Shown here: positions 45,172-56,438 of the stretch, piece by piece | Numbering within the stretch: the first letter of the stretch is position 1 | Layout of the letters: each line of letters starts with the position of its first letter | Source: Arenicellales bacterium | Lineage (GTDB): Bacteria; Pseudomonadota; Gammaproteobacteria; Arenicellales; JAJDZL01 | Direction of reading: 5' to 3' | DNA length: 64,000 bases | NCBI GenBank assembly: GCA_965220725.1 | Contig: OZ244840.1 | Coordinates: 1,408,548 to 1,472,547, forward strand | Notes under the pieces: model-generated | Database searches by the model: none | Told to the model about the DNA's origin: nothing | Seen by the model: only the letters and a program-made list of their open reading frames with translations | Translations under genes and position numbers: made by a program

Positions 45172-48100
45172 TTGAATTTTCAGCAGATCATATTCTCCCT
45201 CAATGAGTATTGGGCGGAACGAGGATGTGTCGTTCTGCAACCCTACGATATGGAGGTGGGGGCAGGGACTTTTCATCCCGCAACCTTTCTCGCGGCCATC
45301 GGTCCCGAGCCATCCAGATCTGCCTATGTCCAGCCGTCCAGGCGCCCAACCGACGGTCGTTACGGCGAAAACCCCAACCGGTTGCAACACTATTTCCAAT
45401 ATCAGGTGATACTCAAGCCGTCGCCTCCGGATTTTCAAGACCTCTACATCGAGTCTCTCAGGCGGCTCGGTATCGACCCGCTGCAGGACGATATCCGATT
45501 TGTCGAGGATGACTGGGAATCACCGACGCTGGGTGCATGGGGACTGGGCTGGGAAGTCTGGCTCAACGGCATGGAAATCACGCAGGTGACGTACTTCCAG
45601 CAAGTCGGTGGACTCGAATGCCGACCGGTGACCGGAGAGATCACCTACGGACTCGAACGTATTGCCATGTATGTTCAGGAAGTTGACAGTGTCTTTGATC
45701 TGAAATGGAATGATACGTTCAGTTATGGCGATCTCTACCTGCAAAATGAACAGGAGCAGTCAACCTACAACTTTGAGAAAGCCGACACCGACGAACTGTT
45801 CCAGCGTTTCCAGGCTTGCGAAAAACAGTGCGGTGAGCTGATCCAACAGAAACTGTCACTACCGGCGTATGAGCAGGTACTGCAGGCGTCTCATACATTC
45901 AACCTGTTGGATGCAAGACGTGTGATCGGTGTCACCGAGCGTGCCCGGTATATCGGCAGGGTGCGGACACTCGCCCGGCAGGTGGCGATGACCTACTACG
46001 AAAGCCGGGAAGCCAAGCAGTTTCCCAATCTCGTACACTCGAACAATCAAGCCGTAGAGTCGACCGTCTCACCTGAAAAAAATCAGTTTGCCGAGTCAGT
46101 CGATGGTGTTCTTCCCCTGCTGCTTGAAATCGGTACGGAAGAACTGCCGCCAGATGCCATTCATCGACTGGGAACCACGTTGGAACAGGAACTCAAGAAC
46201 GAGTTGCTCGGAGTGGGTCTGATTGATTCACTGGATGCTGAATCAGAGTGGCACGCGACACCGCGGCGTCTGGCCGTGATCGTCAGGGACGTAAAAGGGC
46301 GTCGAGAGGATTCGAGCAAAGAGCGGCGGGGACCGCCTGTATCCAGAGCTTATGACGATCAGGGTGAACCGACACAGGCAGCCATCGGATTCGCGGCTTC
46401 ATGCGGTGTTGCCGTTGAGGATCTTTCGATTACGGAAACCCAAAAAGGCAGTTTTGTCTCGTGCGTGGTCACAGAACAGGGACGCGATGCGCATGAACTG
46501 ATTCCGGATTGCGTACGCAACGCCGTATCAAAACTCCCCATTCCCAAAAGAATGCGTTGGGGGAGTCTAGAGAGTGAATTTGTCCGTCCGGTCCACTGGC
46601 TGGTGCTGCTGCACGGTGACCAGGTTGTTCCATGCGAGATTTTTTCCGTCGAGTCAGGTAACACCACCCGCGGACATCGCTTCCATCGCCCAGATGCTAT
46701 TGACGTTCCATCGGCGTCCGACTACGCGCAGGTGCTGTTGGACGGAGGTCGCCTGGTGTCGAATTGGCAGCACCGAAAGCAGGCCATCCAGTATCAGATT
46801 CACGAACTGGAACAGCAATTCGATGCCAAGGCACTGCGCGACGAGGCGTTGCTTGATCAGGTCACCAACCTGGTCGAGTGGCCATCTGCCTTTTGCGGAA
46901 CATTCGATGAAGGATTTCTGGCGCTTCCACCCGAGGTGCTGATCACATCCATGCGTCATCATCAGAAGTTTTTCCCGATGTTTGACGAAAATGACAAGCT
47001 GGTCAATCGATTCATCGGAGTTGCAAATATAGAACCCGAAAATGAGTCCATCCGGCAGCGGATTACCAAGGGTAATGAGCGCGTCCTGCAGGCGCGGTTG
47101 TCTGATGCCAGGTTTTTCTGGGATCAGGACTGCCGCGAGAGCCTCCAGCACAAGGCTCACATGCTTGATGATCTTGTCTTTCACAATGCACTGGGTTCAA
47201 TGACCCTGAAAGTCGAGCGGATGCAGACGCTGGTAGTTCACATTGCCGAATCAATCGGCGTAAACGAAAAAGATGTTGCAAGAGCCGCCCAACTGGCAAA
47301 GATCGATCTGGTCACTGAGATGGTGGGCGAGTTTCCGGACCTGCAGGGCATCATGGGACGTTATTATGCGTTGCGTGACCGCGAGCCCGGGCCGGTGGCT
47401 GAGGCGATTTCAGAACACTATCTCCCGAGAGGGGCGGCGGACACCCTGCCATCATCCGACGCAGGAAGGGTAATCGCAATTGCGGACCGCATTGATTCCC
47501 TGATCGGTCTGATAGCTGCCGGTGAGACGGTCAAGGGTGACCGTGATCCTTATTCCCTGCGGCGAATGGCCATTGCAGTACTGAGAATCATCATTGAGTG
47601 CCACCTTGAACTGGACCTGAAACATCTGCTGGAAAGATCCGCTGACATTTATGGTGCCCAGCAACGAAACAATAGCAAAACACTCAGTGTCAACCCGGAT
47701 GCCGACCTGGTCGGACACGTATTCGAATTCATGCTGGAGCGACTGCGGGCGTATTATCTCGATCAGGGATACTCAGCGGACGAATTCGCCTCGGTCTACG
47801 AACTCAAGCCAACCCGCCCGCTGGAATTCGACCGGCGGCTTCGGGCCGTGCGTCAGTTCCGGGAAGTCGCTGAGTATGATGATCTGATCGCCGCCAACAA
47901 GAGAATCAGCAATATTCTTCGACAAAGCAGTGGATCCGACATCACCGAGGTCAATCCCGAACTGCTGACCGAGCAGTCCGAACGCAGTCTGTACGAACAG
48001 TCGCTGGCGCTGAGTTCGCAGATTGTTCCCTTGATCGGCGAGTCACAGCACGATGTGATCCTGCGCAAGCTGGCGGTGCTGCGCGACCCGATTGATCGAT

Positions 48101-48234
48101 TCTTCGATGACGTGATGGTGATGGATGAGGACCTCCAGGTGCGCCAGAATCGAGTCGCACTGGTCCGATTTGTGAGTGATCTTTTCCGCGAGGTTGCCGA
48201 ACTCTCCTTACTCAAGCCAATCAGGGTGAATTGA
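45172..48234 (+). CDS. glyQS: Fused glycyl-tRNA synthetase alpha-beta (GlyQ-GlyS in one polypeptide)
   Basis: 1020-aa ORF. Residues 1 to about 290 align with E. coli GlyQ ([49 protein letters not shown]). A ~25-aa linker follows (46030-46110), and from [14 protein letters not shown] onward it is GlyS-like. TTG start at 45172: an in-frame TAG lies 12 nt upstream and AGAGGA sits 7 nt upstream. Confidence 0.88.
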   Translation: MNFQQIIFSLNEYWAERGCVVLQPYDMEVGAGTFHPATFLAAIGPEPSRSAYVQPSRRPTDGRYGENPNRLQHYFQYQVILKPSPPDFQDLYIESLRRLGIDPLQDDIRFVEDDWESPTLGAWGLGWEVWLNGMEITQVTYFQQVGGLECRPVTGEITYGLERIAMYVQEVDSVFDLKWNDTFSYGDLYLQNEQEQSTYNFEKADTDELFQRFQACEKQCGELIQQKLSLPAYEQVLQASHTFNLLDARRVIGVTERARYIGRVRTLARQVAMTYYESREAKQFPNLVHSNNQAVESTVSPEKNQFAESVDGVLPLLLEIGTEELPPDAIHRLGTTLEQELKNELLGVGLIDSLDAESEWHATPRRLAVIVRDVKGRREDSSKERRGPPVSRAYDDQGEPTQAAIGFAASCGVAVEDLSITETQKGSFVSCVVTEQGRDAHELIPDCVRNAVSKLPIPKRMRWGSLESEFVRPVHWLVLLHGDQVVPCEIFSVESGNTTRGHRFHRPDAIDVPSASDYAQVLLDGGRLVSNWQHRKQAIQYQIHELEQQFDAKALRDEALLDQVTNLVEWPSAFCGTFDEGFLALPPEVLITSMRHHQKFFPMFDENDKLVNRFIGVANIEPENESIRQRITKGNERVLQARLSDARFFWDQDCRESLQHKAHMLDDLVFHNALGSMTLKVERMQTLVVHIAESIGVNEKDVARAAQLAKIDLVTEMVGEFPDLQGIMGRYYALRDREPGPVAEAISEHYLPRGAADTLPSSDAGRVIAIADRIDSLIGLIAAGETVKGDRDPYSLRRMAIAVLRIIIECHLELDLKHLLERSADIYGAQQRNNSKTLSVNPDADLVGHVFEFMLERLRAYYLDQGYSADEFASVYELKPTRPLEFDRRLRAVRQFREVAEYDDLIAANKRISNILRQSSGSDITEVNPELLTEQSERSLYEQSLALSSQIVPLIGESQHDVILRKLAVLRDPIDRFFDDVMVMDEDLQVRQNRVALVRFVSDLFREVAELSLLKPIRVN

Positions 48235-48563
48235 TGAACAAGGATTCCTACACACAGATGCTCGACACGGTGAACAAATTCCATGAGAAGCATGACTTCA
48301 AAAATACCGGCGGACACGAACTTCGATTTCGGGTAGCCCTGATGGCTGAGGAGCTCGGAGAGATATCCGCGGCGGTCACCAAGGGCAAGAGCCGAGAGCA
48401 GCTGGCCGAAGAGTGTGCCGATTTGCTGATCCTGTTGCTTGGAACGTCAATCGCCGCGGAGTTTGATCTCAACAGCGCATTCTGGTCAAAGATGGCAAAA
48501 ATCCAGGATCGAAAAGGAAGGATCATTGATGGCACCTTGCGGGTGTCGGACTTTGAGTCATGA
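48234..48563 (+). CDS. MazG-like nucleotide pyrophosphohydrolase domain protein
   Basis: About 109 aa. The MAEELGEISAAV...EECADLLILLLG pattern (EExxE ... ExxD) is typical of all-alpha NTP pyrophosphatases. The start overlaps the glyQS stop (TTGATGA). Confidence 0.65.
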   Translation: MNKDSYTQMLDTVNKFHEKHDFKNTGGHELRFRVALMAEELGEISAAVTKGKSREQLAEECADLLILLLGTSIAAEFDLNSAFWSKMAKIQDRKGRIIDGTLRVSDFES

Positions 48564-48612
48564 CCTGCAAATGTTACTCATTGGATAAGGCAGTCGAATC
48601 GGAAGTATCACA

Positions 48613-49353
48613 ATGATCGGTGTGCTTCGATCTTCGGTCTTCATGGCCGGCATGGTATTGGCCGCACTCGTCTATTGGCCAGTCGCCTTGGCTGTCTGGT
48701 TCTGCAAACCCGGTATCCGTTCGCGCGTCATTGGCTTGTGGGCGCATTTTGTCATCTGGCTTCTCAAAGTCACATGTGGCCTGCGCCATGAAGTCGAGGG
48801 ATTGGAGAATCTGCCGTCTACACCTGCGGTGATTTTCTCAAAGCACCAGTCCGCGTGGGAAACCATTGCCTATCAGACCATCTTTCCACCCCAGGCCTGG
48901 GTCTTGAAGCGCTCGTTGCTGTACATCCCCTTTTTCGGCTGGGGTTTGGCTGCCACCCATCCGATCAAGATCGACCGGGGCGCCATTCGAAAAGCGCTGG
49001 CACAGGTTTTGGAACAAGGAAAGGCGGTGTTGGCTGAGGGGCGATGGGTTGTACTCTTTCCAGAGGGCACCAGAATCGCACCCGGTGAGCATGGCACCTA
49101 CCATGCCAGTGCGTCATTGCTTGCGATCAAGGCCGGTGTTCCACTGGTTCCGGTCGCCCACAACGCCGGAGACTACTGGCGCAGGCGGGAATTCACAAAA
49201 ACACCAGGTGTAATCCGGGTTCGGGTCGGCGAACCCATCTATCCCGAAAATATGAAACCCAAGGAAATGAACCTTGTTGCGGAGAACTGGATACGCAAGA
49301 CGATGCCTGAGATCAGCCAGGCCTATGCGCGCGAATCAGCCGCCAACGACTGA
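48613..49353 (+). CDS. plsC: 1-acyl-sn-glycerol-3-phosphate acyltransferase family
   Basis: 246 aa with an N-terminal TM segment, an acyltransferase HX4(D/E) block (SKHQSAWE) and an FPEGTR block. Confidence 0.8.
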   Translation: MIGVLRSSVFMAGMVLAALVYWPVALAVWFCKPGIRSRVIGLWAHFVIWLLKVTCGLRHEVEGLENLPSTPAVIFSKHQSAWETIAYQTIFPPQAWVLKRSLLYIPFFGWGLAATHPIKIDRGAIRKALAQVLEQGKAVLAEGRWVVLFPEGTRIAPGEHGTYHASASLLAIKAGVPLVPVAHNAGDYWRRREFTKTPGVIRVRVGEPIYPENMKPKEMNLVAENWIRKTMPEISQAYARESAAND

Positions 49354-49405
49354 ATCCGAGCAGTGCAATCTATAGCGACGCTGTAAGCGTTTCGGATACC
49401 CGATA

Positions 49406-49975
49406 TCAGAGTTTGTGGCACATGGACTCGATCGGAAAGAATATCTGGGCTGGCTCTATCGCCCGCAGTGAGTAAATGCCCCGCTCAAACTCGTAGACGA
49501 GATCGGCTGTCTCATCATCCGCATCAACCACCGACGCAGTATCCAGATCAATGGCAAGGTTCGGTGTCACGTAGACAGACCTGTTCCGGACCGGCGCATA
49601 ACCATCCCGAACGCGTCCGAATATGATCATCTCGTCAATCACCAGGGGTGTTCGCAACTCCCAGGCATTATCCTGCCAGACATACAGCATTTTCCCGCGG
49701 ATGTTCTGATTGGTGACAAAAACACCAATCCCTGACATGTCGCGTCCGTCGCGCAGTTTGAATTCTCCAATCTGATAATCGACATGTTCCTTGCGGGTGA
49801 TTTGATTGACCAGGGTGTCGACGTATCGCTCCGGGTCAACCAGGAAATTTGCCAGCATGAGTTGGTCGAATTCATCGTAGACGACACTGCAATCAAAATA
49901 ATTTGCCCGCGCCGGCAAGACAGCGATGCACAGCATCAGTGCTATAGCAGTCATCAGGTTTGACAGTATTCGCAT
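49406..49975 (-). CDS. Secreted hypothetical protein
   Basis: 189 aa with a signal peptide (MRILSNLMTAIALMLCIAVLPARA). No motif recognised. Confidence 0.55.
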   Translation of the reverse strand: MRILSNLMTAIALMLCIAVLPARANYFDCSVVYDEFDQLMLANFLVDPERYVDTLVNQITRKEHVDYQIGEFKLRDGRDMSGIGVFVTNQNIRGKMLYVWQDNAWELRTPLVIDEMIIFGRVRDGYAPVRNRSVYVTPNLAIDLDTASVVDADDETADLVYEFERGIYSLRAIEPAQIFFPIESMCHKL

Positions 49976-49984
49976 TTTGCTTCT

Positions 49985-50791
49985 TCAGATTGTCTCGATC
50001 TTATTGTAATGTCGGGATGTCAGGCACTCGGCAAGCCGCCAGTAATGGCCGACATCGAGCTCCTGTGCCCTGAGGCCTGAATCCACACCGCATTCTTGAA
50101 AGATGTCGCGGTCAACCACGCCTTGTAGTGAATTTCTCAAAGTCTTTCTCCGATTGCAGAATGCCAGACGAACCAGTTCCTCGAACTCCCGGGTGATGGA
50201 TGAATCGGCGTCCTGCATGGGTCTGGGTCTCATGTAAACCACGGTAGATTGTACTTCGGGCGGTGGTGAGAATGCACCTGGTGGCACGTCAAATACAGTC
50301 TCGACTTCCATTGACCTTGCAACACAGACTGTGAGTCTGCCGTATTGCCGGGTACCGCACGCTGCGCTCAGACGCTCGGCGACCTCGCGCTGAAGCATGA
50401 AACACAAGTCCTGAATGCAGTCAGAAAAATCGAGCAGTCGTATGATCAGCGCGGTGGAGATCGAGTAGGGAAGGTTGCCGACAACACGAATCTTGCTGTC
50501 ATCGGTCTGGAATGAGCGAAAGTCACAATTCAGCGCATCCGCATGATGCACGGTAAATCGGTCTGAAGAGGTGTGTTTTTGCAGTCCCTGTGCCAGTTGT
50601 GGGTCAACTTCAATCGCATGCAGGACGCGCGTCCTGCCGATCAGCCTCTCCGTCAGTGCACCTTTTCCCGGGCCGATTTCAACCATGATGTCATCGGCTG
50701 CTGGATTGATCAAGCGAACGATCTGATCGATGACCTGGGAGTCGGTCAGAAAGTGCTGGCCAAGGCGCTTTCGCTTTCCCTTTGCAGTCAT
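49985..50791 (-). CDS. rsmA: 16S rRNA (adenine1518/1519-N6)-dimethyltransferase
   Basis: 268 aa. KRLGQHFLTD, EIGPGKGALT and VGNLPY motifs. It overlaps the upstream pdxA by 4 nt, the conserved pdxA-ksgA arrangement. Confidence 0.92.
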   Translation of the reverse strand: MTAKGKRKRLGQHFLTDSQVIDQIVRLINPAADDIMVEIGPGKGALTERLIGRTRVLHAIEVDPQLAQGLQKHTSSDRFTVHHADALNCDFRSFQTDDSKIRVVGNLPYSISTALIIRLLDFSDCIQDLCFMLQREVAERLSAACGTRQYGRLTVCVARSMEVETVFDVPPGAFSPPPEVQSTVVYMRPRPMQDADSSITREFEELVRLAFCNRRKTLRNSLQGVVDRDIFQECGVDSGLRAQELDVGHYWRLAECLTSRHYNKIETI

Positions 50792-51768
50792 AACCCGGCA
50801 TGCATGGCGATCTCACCCGCCATCGATATCGCGCACAAAAGACTGCCGACATCAGCCTTGCCGGTCCCTGCAATGTCGTAGGCGGTGCCATGGTCAACAG
50901 AGGTTCTGATGATCGGGAGCCCCAAGGTGACATTGACAATTTCACCGAACCCACCGGACTTGATGACCGGAAGTCCCTGGTCGTGATACATCGACAGGAT
51001 GACATCAAAATTCTCGAGCCGATTCGGGGTAAACAGCGTATCCGCCGGAAATGGTCCGGAAACCCGCAAGCCCTCATCCTGGAGTTTCCGGATGGCCGGG
51101 ATGATTGTGTCGATCTCCTCCCTGCCCAGTTGACCGCTTTCGCCGGCATGTGGATTCAGCCCACAGACACCGATTCGCGGCGAACTGATCCCGAAGCGTG
51201 CGTTCAGGTCCTCATGCAAAACCCGCGCAACATCGAGAATTCTCGTTTCTGTGATCGATTGGGGCACACTTTTAAGTGGGATGTGCGTGGTCACCAATGC
51301 CACCCGCATCCTGCCGTCGGTCAACAGCATGACCGGACACCGGGCTTTGGCAGCTTTTGCCAGATACTCGGTGTGTCCAGTGAACTTGAGGCCCGGCCGT
51401 TGGATGGTTGCCTTGTTGACCGGACCGGTGACCATTGCGTCAAATGTCCCCGACTGACAGCCGGAGACTGCGCGATCAAGTGTCTCGAGTATGTAGTCAG
51501 TGTGGTCGGGATTGCCGACTCCAGGATCGACTTCGGCACCACATTCAACATGCACGATCTCAATCTCTCCGGTCGGTTCGGAATCTGCACCATAGCTGCG
51601 CAATGCAATGTCGTGAGTCAGCTGATCAGCCCGTTCCTCGAGTACGGTTTGATCGGCAATCACAACAACTCTATGGTCGGACAACTGATTCGCAGCGAGA
51701 ATGACAAGATCCGGTCCGATTCCAGCCGGGTCGCCCGGAGTCAATGCGATGGTACAGCGACGCCTCAC
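50788..51768 (-). CDS. pdxA: 4-hydroxythreonine-4-phosphate dehydrogenase
   Basis: 326 aa. GDPAGIGPD, TGHTEYLA and SVDHGTA motifs. Confidence 0.92.
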   Translation of the reverse strand: MRRRCTIALTPGDPAGIGPDLVILAANQLSDHRVVVIADQTVLEERADQLTHDIALRSYGADSEPTGEIEIVHVECGAEVDPGVGNPDHTDYILETLDRAVSGCQSGTFDAMVTGPVNKATIQRPGLKFTGHTEYLAKAAKARCPVMLLTDGRMRVALVTTHIPLKSVPQSITETRILDVARVLHEDLNARFGISSPRIGVCGLNPHAGESGQLGREEIDTIIPAIRKLQDEGLRVSGPFPADTLFTPNRLENFDVILSMYHDQGLPVIKSGGFGEIVNVTLGLPIIRTSVDHGTAYDIAGTGKADVGSLLCAISMAGEIAMHAGL

Positions 51769-51826
51769 AGTGCTTACCCAGCGCTGATCACGTTTTACTG
51801 TTTATGGACAATCAAGCCCATCAACT

Positions 51827-52066
51827 TCATTCAAGTGAGGTGTGGGTGCCATCGCAAAACGGTTGTTTTCCGGTGTGCTTGCAGCCACAGAACCAATATT
51901 TCCCGGCTCGGGAAATACTGACCTGCATGGGTTCGTACTCAGTGACCTTATGGGAGCCATCGCAGAATGGTTGCTTTTTCGACAGTCCGCATCGACACCA
52001 CCAGTAGTCGCCCGGCTTGAGTTCGAGTTCATAGGGTTCTTTCTGTGCAATATGGGGATCAGCCAT
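51827..52066 (-). CDS. CDGSH iron-sulfur domain protein (two CDGSH motifs)
   Basis: 79 aa from ATG 52066, with GGAG upstream. It contains CRCGLSKKQPFCDGSH and CGCKHTGKQPFCDGTH. The longer track ORF adds an implausible N-terminal extension. Confidence 0.8.
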   Translation of the reverse strand: MADPHIAQKEPYELELKPGDYWWCRCGLSKKQPFCDGSHKVTEYEPMQVSISRAGKYWFCGCKHTGKQPFCDGTHTSLE

Positions 52067-52406
52067 GATTGTTACTCCATTTATGTTTGCTATTGAGACA
52101 GGGAAAAAACCGATCACTACCGGACTGGCAGTTTTCATTCCAACCTTGCATTGATGATGCCTGCGTAGGCGTCACCGAACCAGGCTGGCACCCCCGATTG
52201 GATAATTCTACAACATTGACAGGATTGCGAAAGGATTCAAGGCGTTTTACCAATTCAATCGGTCGCAAGCCCTGGGAAAATTCCAACACACATCAGCCAC
52301 TTGTTCAGATTCAACTGGTAAAATGATAACGCTTTGGCCGTCCAGTATTGACCTGGCGCAGGAAGAGACCACACATTATTGTCCACCCTCCAACTCGCAA
52401 TCTCAA

Positions 52407-52949
52407 ATGGTAGAGAAAGATCAATCCAGACAGTTCATACCGGTATCAATCGCGGTTCTGACCATTTCCGATTCCCGGACCGAGGACAACGACAAGTCCG
52501 GTTCGCTGCTGGTCGGGCGGGTTGAACGAGCCGGTCACATCTGCACAGACAGGCAAATTGTCAAAGATGACATCCACCAAGTCAGGGCGCAGGTCTGTCA
52601 GTGGATTGTTGACTCGAAGGTTCAGGTTGTACTGACCACCGGCGGCACCGGCGTCACCGGAAGAGACGGCACACCGGAGGCGATCCGGCCCATACTTGAC
52701 AAGGAAATCGTTGGCTTTGGTGAGATGTTCAGAGTCCTGTCGTACGAAAAAATCAAGACGTCCACCCTGCAATCCAGGGCATTCGCCGGTGTTGCGAATG
52801 CGACGTATATCTTTTGTCTGCCCGGGTCGTCTGGTGCCTGTGCGGATGCATGGGACATGCTGATCGAGCATCAGTTGGACTATCGGAGCCGCCCGTGCAA
52901 CCTGGTTGAACTGATGCCAAGACTGCTCGAGCATCTTGTCAGCAAGTGA
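52407..52949 (+). CDS. moaB: Molybdenum cofactor biosynthesis protein B (MoaB/MogA fold)
   Basis: IAVLTISDSRTEDNDKSG..., VVLTTGGTGVTGRDGTPEA and FCLPGSSGAC motifs. The start is uncertain (52323 in the track; ATG 52407 gives about 180 aa). Confidence 0.8.
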   Translation: MVEKDQSRQFIPVSIAVLTISDSRTEDNDKSGSLLVGRVERAGHICTDRQIVKDDIHQVRAQVCQWIVDSKVQVVLTTGGTGVTGRDGTPEAIRPILDKEIVGFGEMFRVLSYEKIKTSTLQSRAFAGVANATYIFCLPGSSGACADAWDMLIEHQLDYRSRPCNLVELMPRLLEHLVSK

Positions 52950-52986
52950 CCAGCAAAATATCAATTCATCGCAAAGGACGAAAGTT

Positions 52987-53973
52987 ATGAAAACCAATAC
53001 ACTGGTATCTGATGGAAGTGCTTCCGCTGTGGCAGACTCAAAACCTGCCGCGGAAAGACAAGGTTTGAATTCAGATTTGTTTGGTGTCTGGGCGCCATGC
53101 CTGACACCCATTCACACGGATGGTTCCATCGATCATGCGAAGCTGTGCAATCATATCAACTGGCTGTTGGCCAATGGATGTCACGGAGTGGCCTTGTTCG
53201 GTACGACGGGCGAGGCACCCTCGTTTTCAGTCGTCGAACGAATGACCGCACTTGAAAAGGTGATCGAATCGGGAATTGATACCGGCAAACTGATGATTGG
53301 CAACGGCTTCCCGGCCGTGACAGACACCATCACTGTCACACGGCACGCCCTCGAAGCGGGTTGCACCAAGGTGCTGATGCTGCCACCGTTTTATTTCAAG
53401 AATCCATCCGTGGAAGGACTCAGTCGGAGTTATCAGTATGTTTTGGATCAGGTGAACTCCGAAGACATCAGGGTCATTCTCTATCACTTTCCACGAATGA
53501 GTGCGGTGCCCATCCCGCATGAGTTGATTGACGCGCTGATTGGTTCGCATGGTGAACTGATTGCGGGGTTGAAAGACTCTTCCGGAGAGTGGGCGAGTGT
53601 CGAGGGTTACATCCAGCGTTTTCCGGGGCTTCAGATCTTTCCGGGAACTGATGTGCTGCTGCTCAAGGCATTGCAAATCGGTGGGGCAGGCACCATCACC
53701 GCGACAGCCGATATCAATCCCGCAGGAATTCGACAAGTCTATGATCTATGGTTCAGCGGAGAAAGTGCGCAAGACGCCCAGGAGGCCGCCGAGCGTATTC
53801 GCGAGGTCGTGTTTCGTTACCCACTTGCAGCGGCATTGAAAACTGTCCACGCGCGATTCAGTGATGACTGGACATGGAAGAACGTCCGTCCGCCGTTGAC
53901 CGGCCTTTCATCTGCAGACGAGAGCGAATTGATGACCTCGCTGCACAATCTGAACTTCAGACTTGCTGATTGA
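52987..53973 (+). CDS. Dihydrodipicolinate synthase/N-acetylneuraminate lyase family protein
   Basis: PCLTPIHTDGSIDHAKL...GCHGVALFGTTGEAPSFS is typical of the DapA family, and a candidate Schiff-base lysine lies in AGLKDSSG. ATG 52987 has AAGGA upstream. Substrate is unknown. Confidence 0.75.
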   Translation: MKTNTLVSDGSASAVADSKPAAERQGLNSDLFGVWAPCLTPIHTDGSIDHAKLCNHINWLLANGCHGVALFGTTGEAPSFSVVERMTALEKVIESGIDTGKLMIGNGFPAVTDTITVTRHALEAGCTKVLMLPPFYFKNPSVEGLSRSYQYVLDQVNSEDIRVILYHFPRMSAVPIPHELIDALIGSHGELIAGLKDSSGEWASVEGYIQRFPGLQIFPGTDVLLLKALQIGGAGTITATADINPAGIRQVYDLWFSGESAQDAQEAAERIREVVFRYPLAAALKTVHARFSDDWTWKNVRPPLTGLSSADESELMTSLHNLNFRLAD

Positions 53974-54071
53974 CCACAGTCGGTGAATCAGCTGGAAATA
54001 CAGCACGTCCGCCAGCGGATTACACCGTCAAGCGGACGCGCGCGAGTCGAATATTTCAGCTATTCGTGAGT

Positions 54072-54533
54072 CTAGAATGACTGCATGAATGGGTTGGTAT
54101 GGCTTCGGTCCTCGATCTTGATGAAACCGTGCGCAGTCACTGTATGACAGGCATTGCAGGTTTCGATGACCGTCAAATACGCTTCGAGTGATGCTGTTGA
54201 ATCGCCAGACCTCAAGGCATCTTCAAAACTCTCAAAACTTGGAACCAGCATTGTCTTTACGAGTTCGCCGATGGGATACCCATCATACTCCTCAACGGTC
54301 ATCACGACATCAAGTGTTTCCTCAATTTCGTGAACGTAGAAGTCAGCGGCCTCCATGTTTCCGGCACGCAGTGAAAGCCCGGTCTTATGCATGAAACCTT
54401 GCAGATGGCTCATTTCCTGAGCCAATGCGACATCTCCTTCCGAATTTGCAGTAAGCGGTACAAGCGCGACAGCCAATGCGACCGGGATGCCAAGAATGAG
54501 TCGGGTGAAATTACGAAGCTTTACAACAGACAT
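54072..54533 (-). CDS. Cytochrome c' (class II c-type cytochrome)
   Basis: 153 aa with a signal peptide, helical-bundle-like composition and a single CNACH heme-binding motif close to the C-terminus. Confidence 0.7.
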   Translation of the reverse strand: MSVVKLRNFTRLILGIPVALAVALVPLTANSEGDVALAQEMSHLQGFMHKTGLSLRAGNMEAADFYVHEIEETLDVVMTVEEYDGYPIGELVKTMLVPSFESFEDALRSGDSTASLEAYLTVIETCNACHTVTAHGFIKIEDRSHTNPFMQSF

Positions 54534-54790
54534 TTAGATTCCCTCCAATTTGTTGTGTATTGTGGTTGCAACAGCAATGTGTAATGAATAGACCTTTTTG
54601 CTATCGCTGTTGCTCTGTCAATGCAGAATATACAGGAAATACACTACAAATTGTAGGAAATAAGTATTCAGTCTTTTTCGCAACAGGCGTCACCTGCAAC
54701 TATTTGTTGAGATTGACTGTGTCACGATGCCACCTCCCGGAATGGCTGTGAACTGCAGACAGACCGAACTCCGTGTCGAAATTACGTGTT

Positions 54791-54835
54791 CCAGGCAGGA
54801 TAAACGGAATTGTGTAATCCGTTTATCCTGCCTGG
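54791..54835 (-). terminator. Perfect 18-bp stem-loop downstream of katA
   Basis: ccaggcaggataaacgga (54791-54808) / 9-nt loop / tccgtttatcctgcctgg (54818-54835), starting 36 nt past the katA stop. The T-run (GTTTT) is on the plus-strand side only. Confidence 0.55.
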
Positions 54836-54870
54836 GTTTTAGGCCAATCAGTCTGTTGAGGTGTGAAACG

Positions 54871-56328
54871 TTATGCTGCCGAAGCCATTTCTCCTGAAAT
54901 TCCCAGGGCCGCCGCAACGCCATCAGCGTAGTCCGGGTGAACTCTTCGAAAGTGTTCGAGTTGCCGTTGAACAATTTCAACGGGAACACCGTTCATCGCC
55001 TCCGCGATGTTCGAATACAGCCGCTGGCGTTGGCCGTCATCGAACAATTCAAACAGTGCCCGCGGTTGCACGTAGTCGTCGTTTCCGTCCCGGTGGTCAT
55101 AGCGGTCCGCATCACCTGAAATCTTCAACGGTGGCTCCCGATACGAGCTGTTTTCAGCCGGTCCCCCAACCGAATTGGGTTCATAGTAGGCATCCTGATT
55201 ACCCGAGTCATTGGGGAAGAAACGCATCGCACCATCCTTATGATAGTGATGGACCGGACATCGCGGCGCGTTGACCGGCAGATGCTCGTAGTGAGTGCCA
55301 AGCCGATACCGATGGGCGTCCGCATAGGCGAAGATACGCGCCTGCAACACCTTGTCCGGACTGAATGCAATTCCCGGAACCACATTGGATGGGCTGAATG
55401 CAGCCTGTTCGACCTCGGCGAAATAGTTGTCTGGATTTCGATTCAGCTCAACGGTTCCGACTTCGATCAGAGGATATTCCGCATGTGGCCAGACCTTGGT
55501 CAGATCAAACGGATTGTAGTTTGTCTTTTCCGCATCATCCTCCGGCATCACCTGCACATACATGGTCCAACGCGGAAATGCGCCCCGTTCAATCGCACCG
55601 AACAGCTCTTCCTGGTAGCTCTCTCTCGAGGCACCGATCACTTCTGACGCCTTGGCATTGGTGTAGTGACGGTGACCTTGCCGAGTCTTGAAGTGAAACT
55701 TCACCCAGAACCGCTTGCCGTCCTCGTTCCAGAAACTGAATGTGTGTGAGCCGTAGCCATTCATGTACATCGGTGCGGTCGGCAGCCCGCGATCCGACAT
55801 CAGGATGGTGACCTGATGCAGGGACTCCGGCGACAGCGACCAAAAATCCCACATCGCGGTCGGCGAGCGAAGATTGGTTTTTGGATGACGCTTCTGGGTA
55901 CGGATGAAGTCTGGAAACTTCAATGGATCGCGAATGAAGAACACCGGTGTGTTGTTGCCAACCAAGTCCCAGTTTCCCTCTTCAGTGTAGAACTTGACGG
56001 CGAAACCACGCACGTCCCGTTCGGCATCCGCCGCGCCCAGTTCCCCGGCAACCGTGGAGAATCGAATCAGCAGTGGCGTTTTCTTTCCAACATTGGAGAA
56101 AACAGCCGCTCGCGTGTAATTCGAAATGTCCTTGGTGACAGTCAGGGTACCGTAAGCGCCCCAGCCCTTGGCGTGCACAACCCTTTCGGGTATCCGCTCG
56201 CGATTCTGATGGGCGAGTTTTTCGATCAGTTGATAGTCCTGCAGCAATACCGGTCCCCGTGGTCCGGCAGTCTGACTGTTTTGATTGTCGGCGACAGGTG
56301 CGCCGGCGGTGGTGGTTAGTTGTTTCAT
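54871..56328 (-). CDS. katA: Monofunctional heme catalase
   Basis: 485 aa. [32 protein letters not shown] and the C-terminal-half proximal Tyr region ([14 protein letters not shown]) are catalase signatures. Confidence 0.95.
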   Translation of the reverse strand: MKQLTTTAGAPVADNQNSQTAGPRGPVLLQDYQLIEKLAHQNRERIPERVVHAKGWGAYGTLTVTKDISNYTRAAVFSNVGKKTPLLIRFSTVAGELGAADAERDVRGFAVKFYTEEGNWDLVGNNTPVFFIRDPLKFPDFIRTQKRHPKTNLRSPTAMWDFWSLSPESLHQVTILMSDRGLPTAPMYMNGYGSHTFSFWNEDGKRFWVKFHFKTRQGHRHYTNAKASEVIGASRESYQEELFGAIERGAFPRWTMYVQVMPEDDAEKTNYNPFDLTKVWPHAEYPLIEVGTVELNRNPDNYFAEVEQAAFSPSNVVPGIAFSPDKVLQARIFAYADAHRYRLGTHYEHLPVNAPRCPVHHYHKDGAMRFFPNDSGNQDAYYEPNSVGGPAENSSYREPPLKISGDADRYDHRDGNDDYVQPRALFELFDDGQRQRLYSNIAEAMNGVPVEIVQRQLEHFRRVHPDYADGVAAALGISGEMASAA

Positions 56329-56360
56329 TGCAATCTCCTAGTTTTGCCAATTGAATGCAG

Positions 56361-56397
56361 ATAGGATAGCGATTGCCCAATAATAGGTGAAATACAT
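56361..56397. promoter_or_regulatory. Possible OxyR operator in the katA-oxyR divergent spacer
   Basis: ATAG-N7-ATTG-N7-ATAG-N7-ACAT compared with the OxyR motif ATAG-N7-CTAT-N7-ATAG-N7-CTAT. The ATAG elements are in register; the CTAT elements are degenerate. Confidence 0.4.
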
Positions 56398-56438
56398 TAT
56401 TATTATGATATTGATAGGTAATACATATTAGACGGGTA

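Noticed and set aside
50800-51921. 373-aa plus-strand ORF antisense to pdxA; similarly 37228..37899(+) opposite ntrB, 40712..41503(+) opposite the PP-loop gene, 52446..53111(-) opposite moaB and the dapA-like gene, and 39078..39797(+) opposite glnA
   Set aside because: Each lies opposite a gene with unambiguous family motifs and has no recognisable motifs of its own.
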